Of a DNA stretch of 64,000 nt, positions 57,537 to 64,000 are shown piece by piece. A program made the translations under genes and the position numbers. Source of the stretch: the human T2T-CHM13v2.0 reference genome, Homo sapiens; assembly GCF_009914755.1 (NCBI RefSeq), contig NC_060931.1. The stretch is one strand, 5' to 3'. Position 1 is the first letter of the stretch, and every line of letters starts with the position of its first letter. A model generated the notes under the pieces. It did not search any database, was not told where the DNA came from, and saw only the letters and a program-made list of their open reading frames with translations.

Positions 57537-63121
<5,585 letters not shown>

Positions 63122-63377
63122 TAGTTTCTTCTCCTTTCCAACATACAGCCCAGTTTGTAATTATGTATTTATTTGTGTTTTGATGTGTTTGATGAACGTC
63201 TTCTCCAACTAGAAGTAAACCATGTTTATTAAGTAACTGCATAATCAGTGCGTGGCTCATTGTAGATGCACATTAAATATTTGGCAAAGGAATGAATGAA
63301 AGTCCACCATGATTCTACTGATTTCTTTCGTGGCCTTCTCTGTAACTGTACTGATCGGTTTTGGTTGTGGTTGTTAG

Positions 63378-63516
63378 ATTGTTGCCTGCCCTGATGTGCT
63401 TCCTCGGAAGATGGCAACACCTGGAGCAGTGCAGGAGTCCTGCAGCCCCCATCCCCTGACCGTGGACACCCAGCCTGAGCAAGCGCCACAGAAGCCTCGT
63501 CTCCTGGAGGAAAATG
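63378..63516 (+). CDS. ZKSCAN5: ZKSCAN5 second coding exon (IVACPDVLPRKMATPG...LLEEN); gene continues beyond window
   Basis: ttgttag|ATT GTT GCC ... GAA AAT G|gtgagg; phase 0 matches the previous exon; 139 nt open. Confidence 0.85.
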
Positions 63517-63725
63517 GTGAGGCTCAGTGATTCAGTGGAACTGATATAGCTCAAGAGTGGGTGCCTTGGCCATGTGGCAGGCACTATCTGCGGGAGAGAG
63601 ACTCTAGGCTGAGCAGCCTCTCTACAGCCTGCAGGGTCTAGAAGCAGGGAAAGGCCAGGGACCTGGAGTTGAGTCCCTGGTGTTCAATGAAAGCCATTCC
63701 TAGAATGGCTAGGAATTACACCAGC

Positions 63726-64000
63726 TTCTTTTTTTTTCTTTTATTTATTTATTTATTTATTATTATTATACTTTAAGTTGTAGGGTACATGTGCACAATG
63801 TGCAGGTTAGTTACATATGTATACATGTGCCATGCTTGTGTGCTGCACCCACTAACTCGTCATCTAGCATTAGGTATATCTCCCAATGCTATCCCTCCCC
63901 CCTCCCCCCACCCCACAACAGTCCCCAGAGTGTGATGTTCCCCTTCCTGTGTCCATGTGTTCTCATTGTTCAGTTCCCACCTATGAGTGAGAATATGCGG
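63726..64000 (-). mobile_element. Young primate L1 3' end (L1PA2-4-like), antisense in a ZKSCAN5 intron; continues past the window
   Basis: Poly-T tail then ttatactttaagtt...gtacatgtgcacaatgtgcaggttag...actaactcgtcatc (GAG, not the L1HS-Ta ACA, at the diagnostic site). Confidence 0.92.

Noticed and set aside
63726-64000. Active L1HS-Ta element
   Set aside because: Diagnostic site reads GAG, not ACA or ACG

Overview
Human (or very closely related primate) genomic DNA. The encoded proteins identify it as the 7q22.1 CPSF4/ATP5MF/zinc-finger cluster. Gene order: 3' half of CPSF4 (+, 5 coding exons), complete ATP5MF (-, 94 aa), a tRNA-Trp(CCA) gene, complete ZNF789 (+, KRAB-C2H2, 425 aa), complete ZNF394 (-, SCAN-KRAB-C2H2, 561 aa) and the 5' part of ZKSCAN5 (+). 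Exon boundaries were read from GT/AG sites and phase continuity. The region is extremely Alu-dense and also has L1, L2, an LTR12 solo LTR, MER21, MER20, MER30, MER44, MER58 and Tigger4/MER46 relics; family names are from memory of consensus sequences. I found no new multi-gene system, CRISPR array or prokaryotic feature. The most interesting signals are small. (1) A recent 217-bp templated duplication inside a Tigger4 element copies a complete splice-acceptor/stop/AATAAA terminal-exon cassette into ZNF789 intron 3. (2) An Alu inserted into the last codons of ZNF394 rewrites its C-terminus, and its target-site duplication (TSD) duplicates the AATAAA. (3) The tRNA-Trp acceptor stem has an extra G. 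(4) CPSF4 has candidate frame-shifting cassette exons and intronic poly(A) signals.
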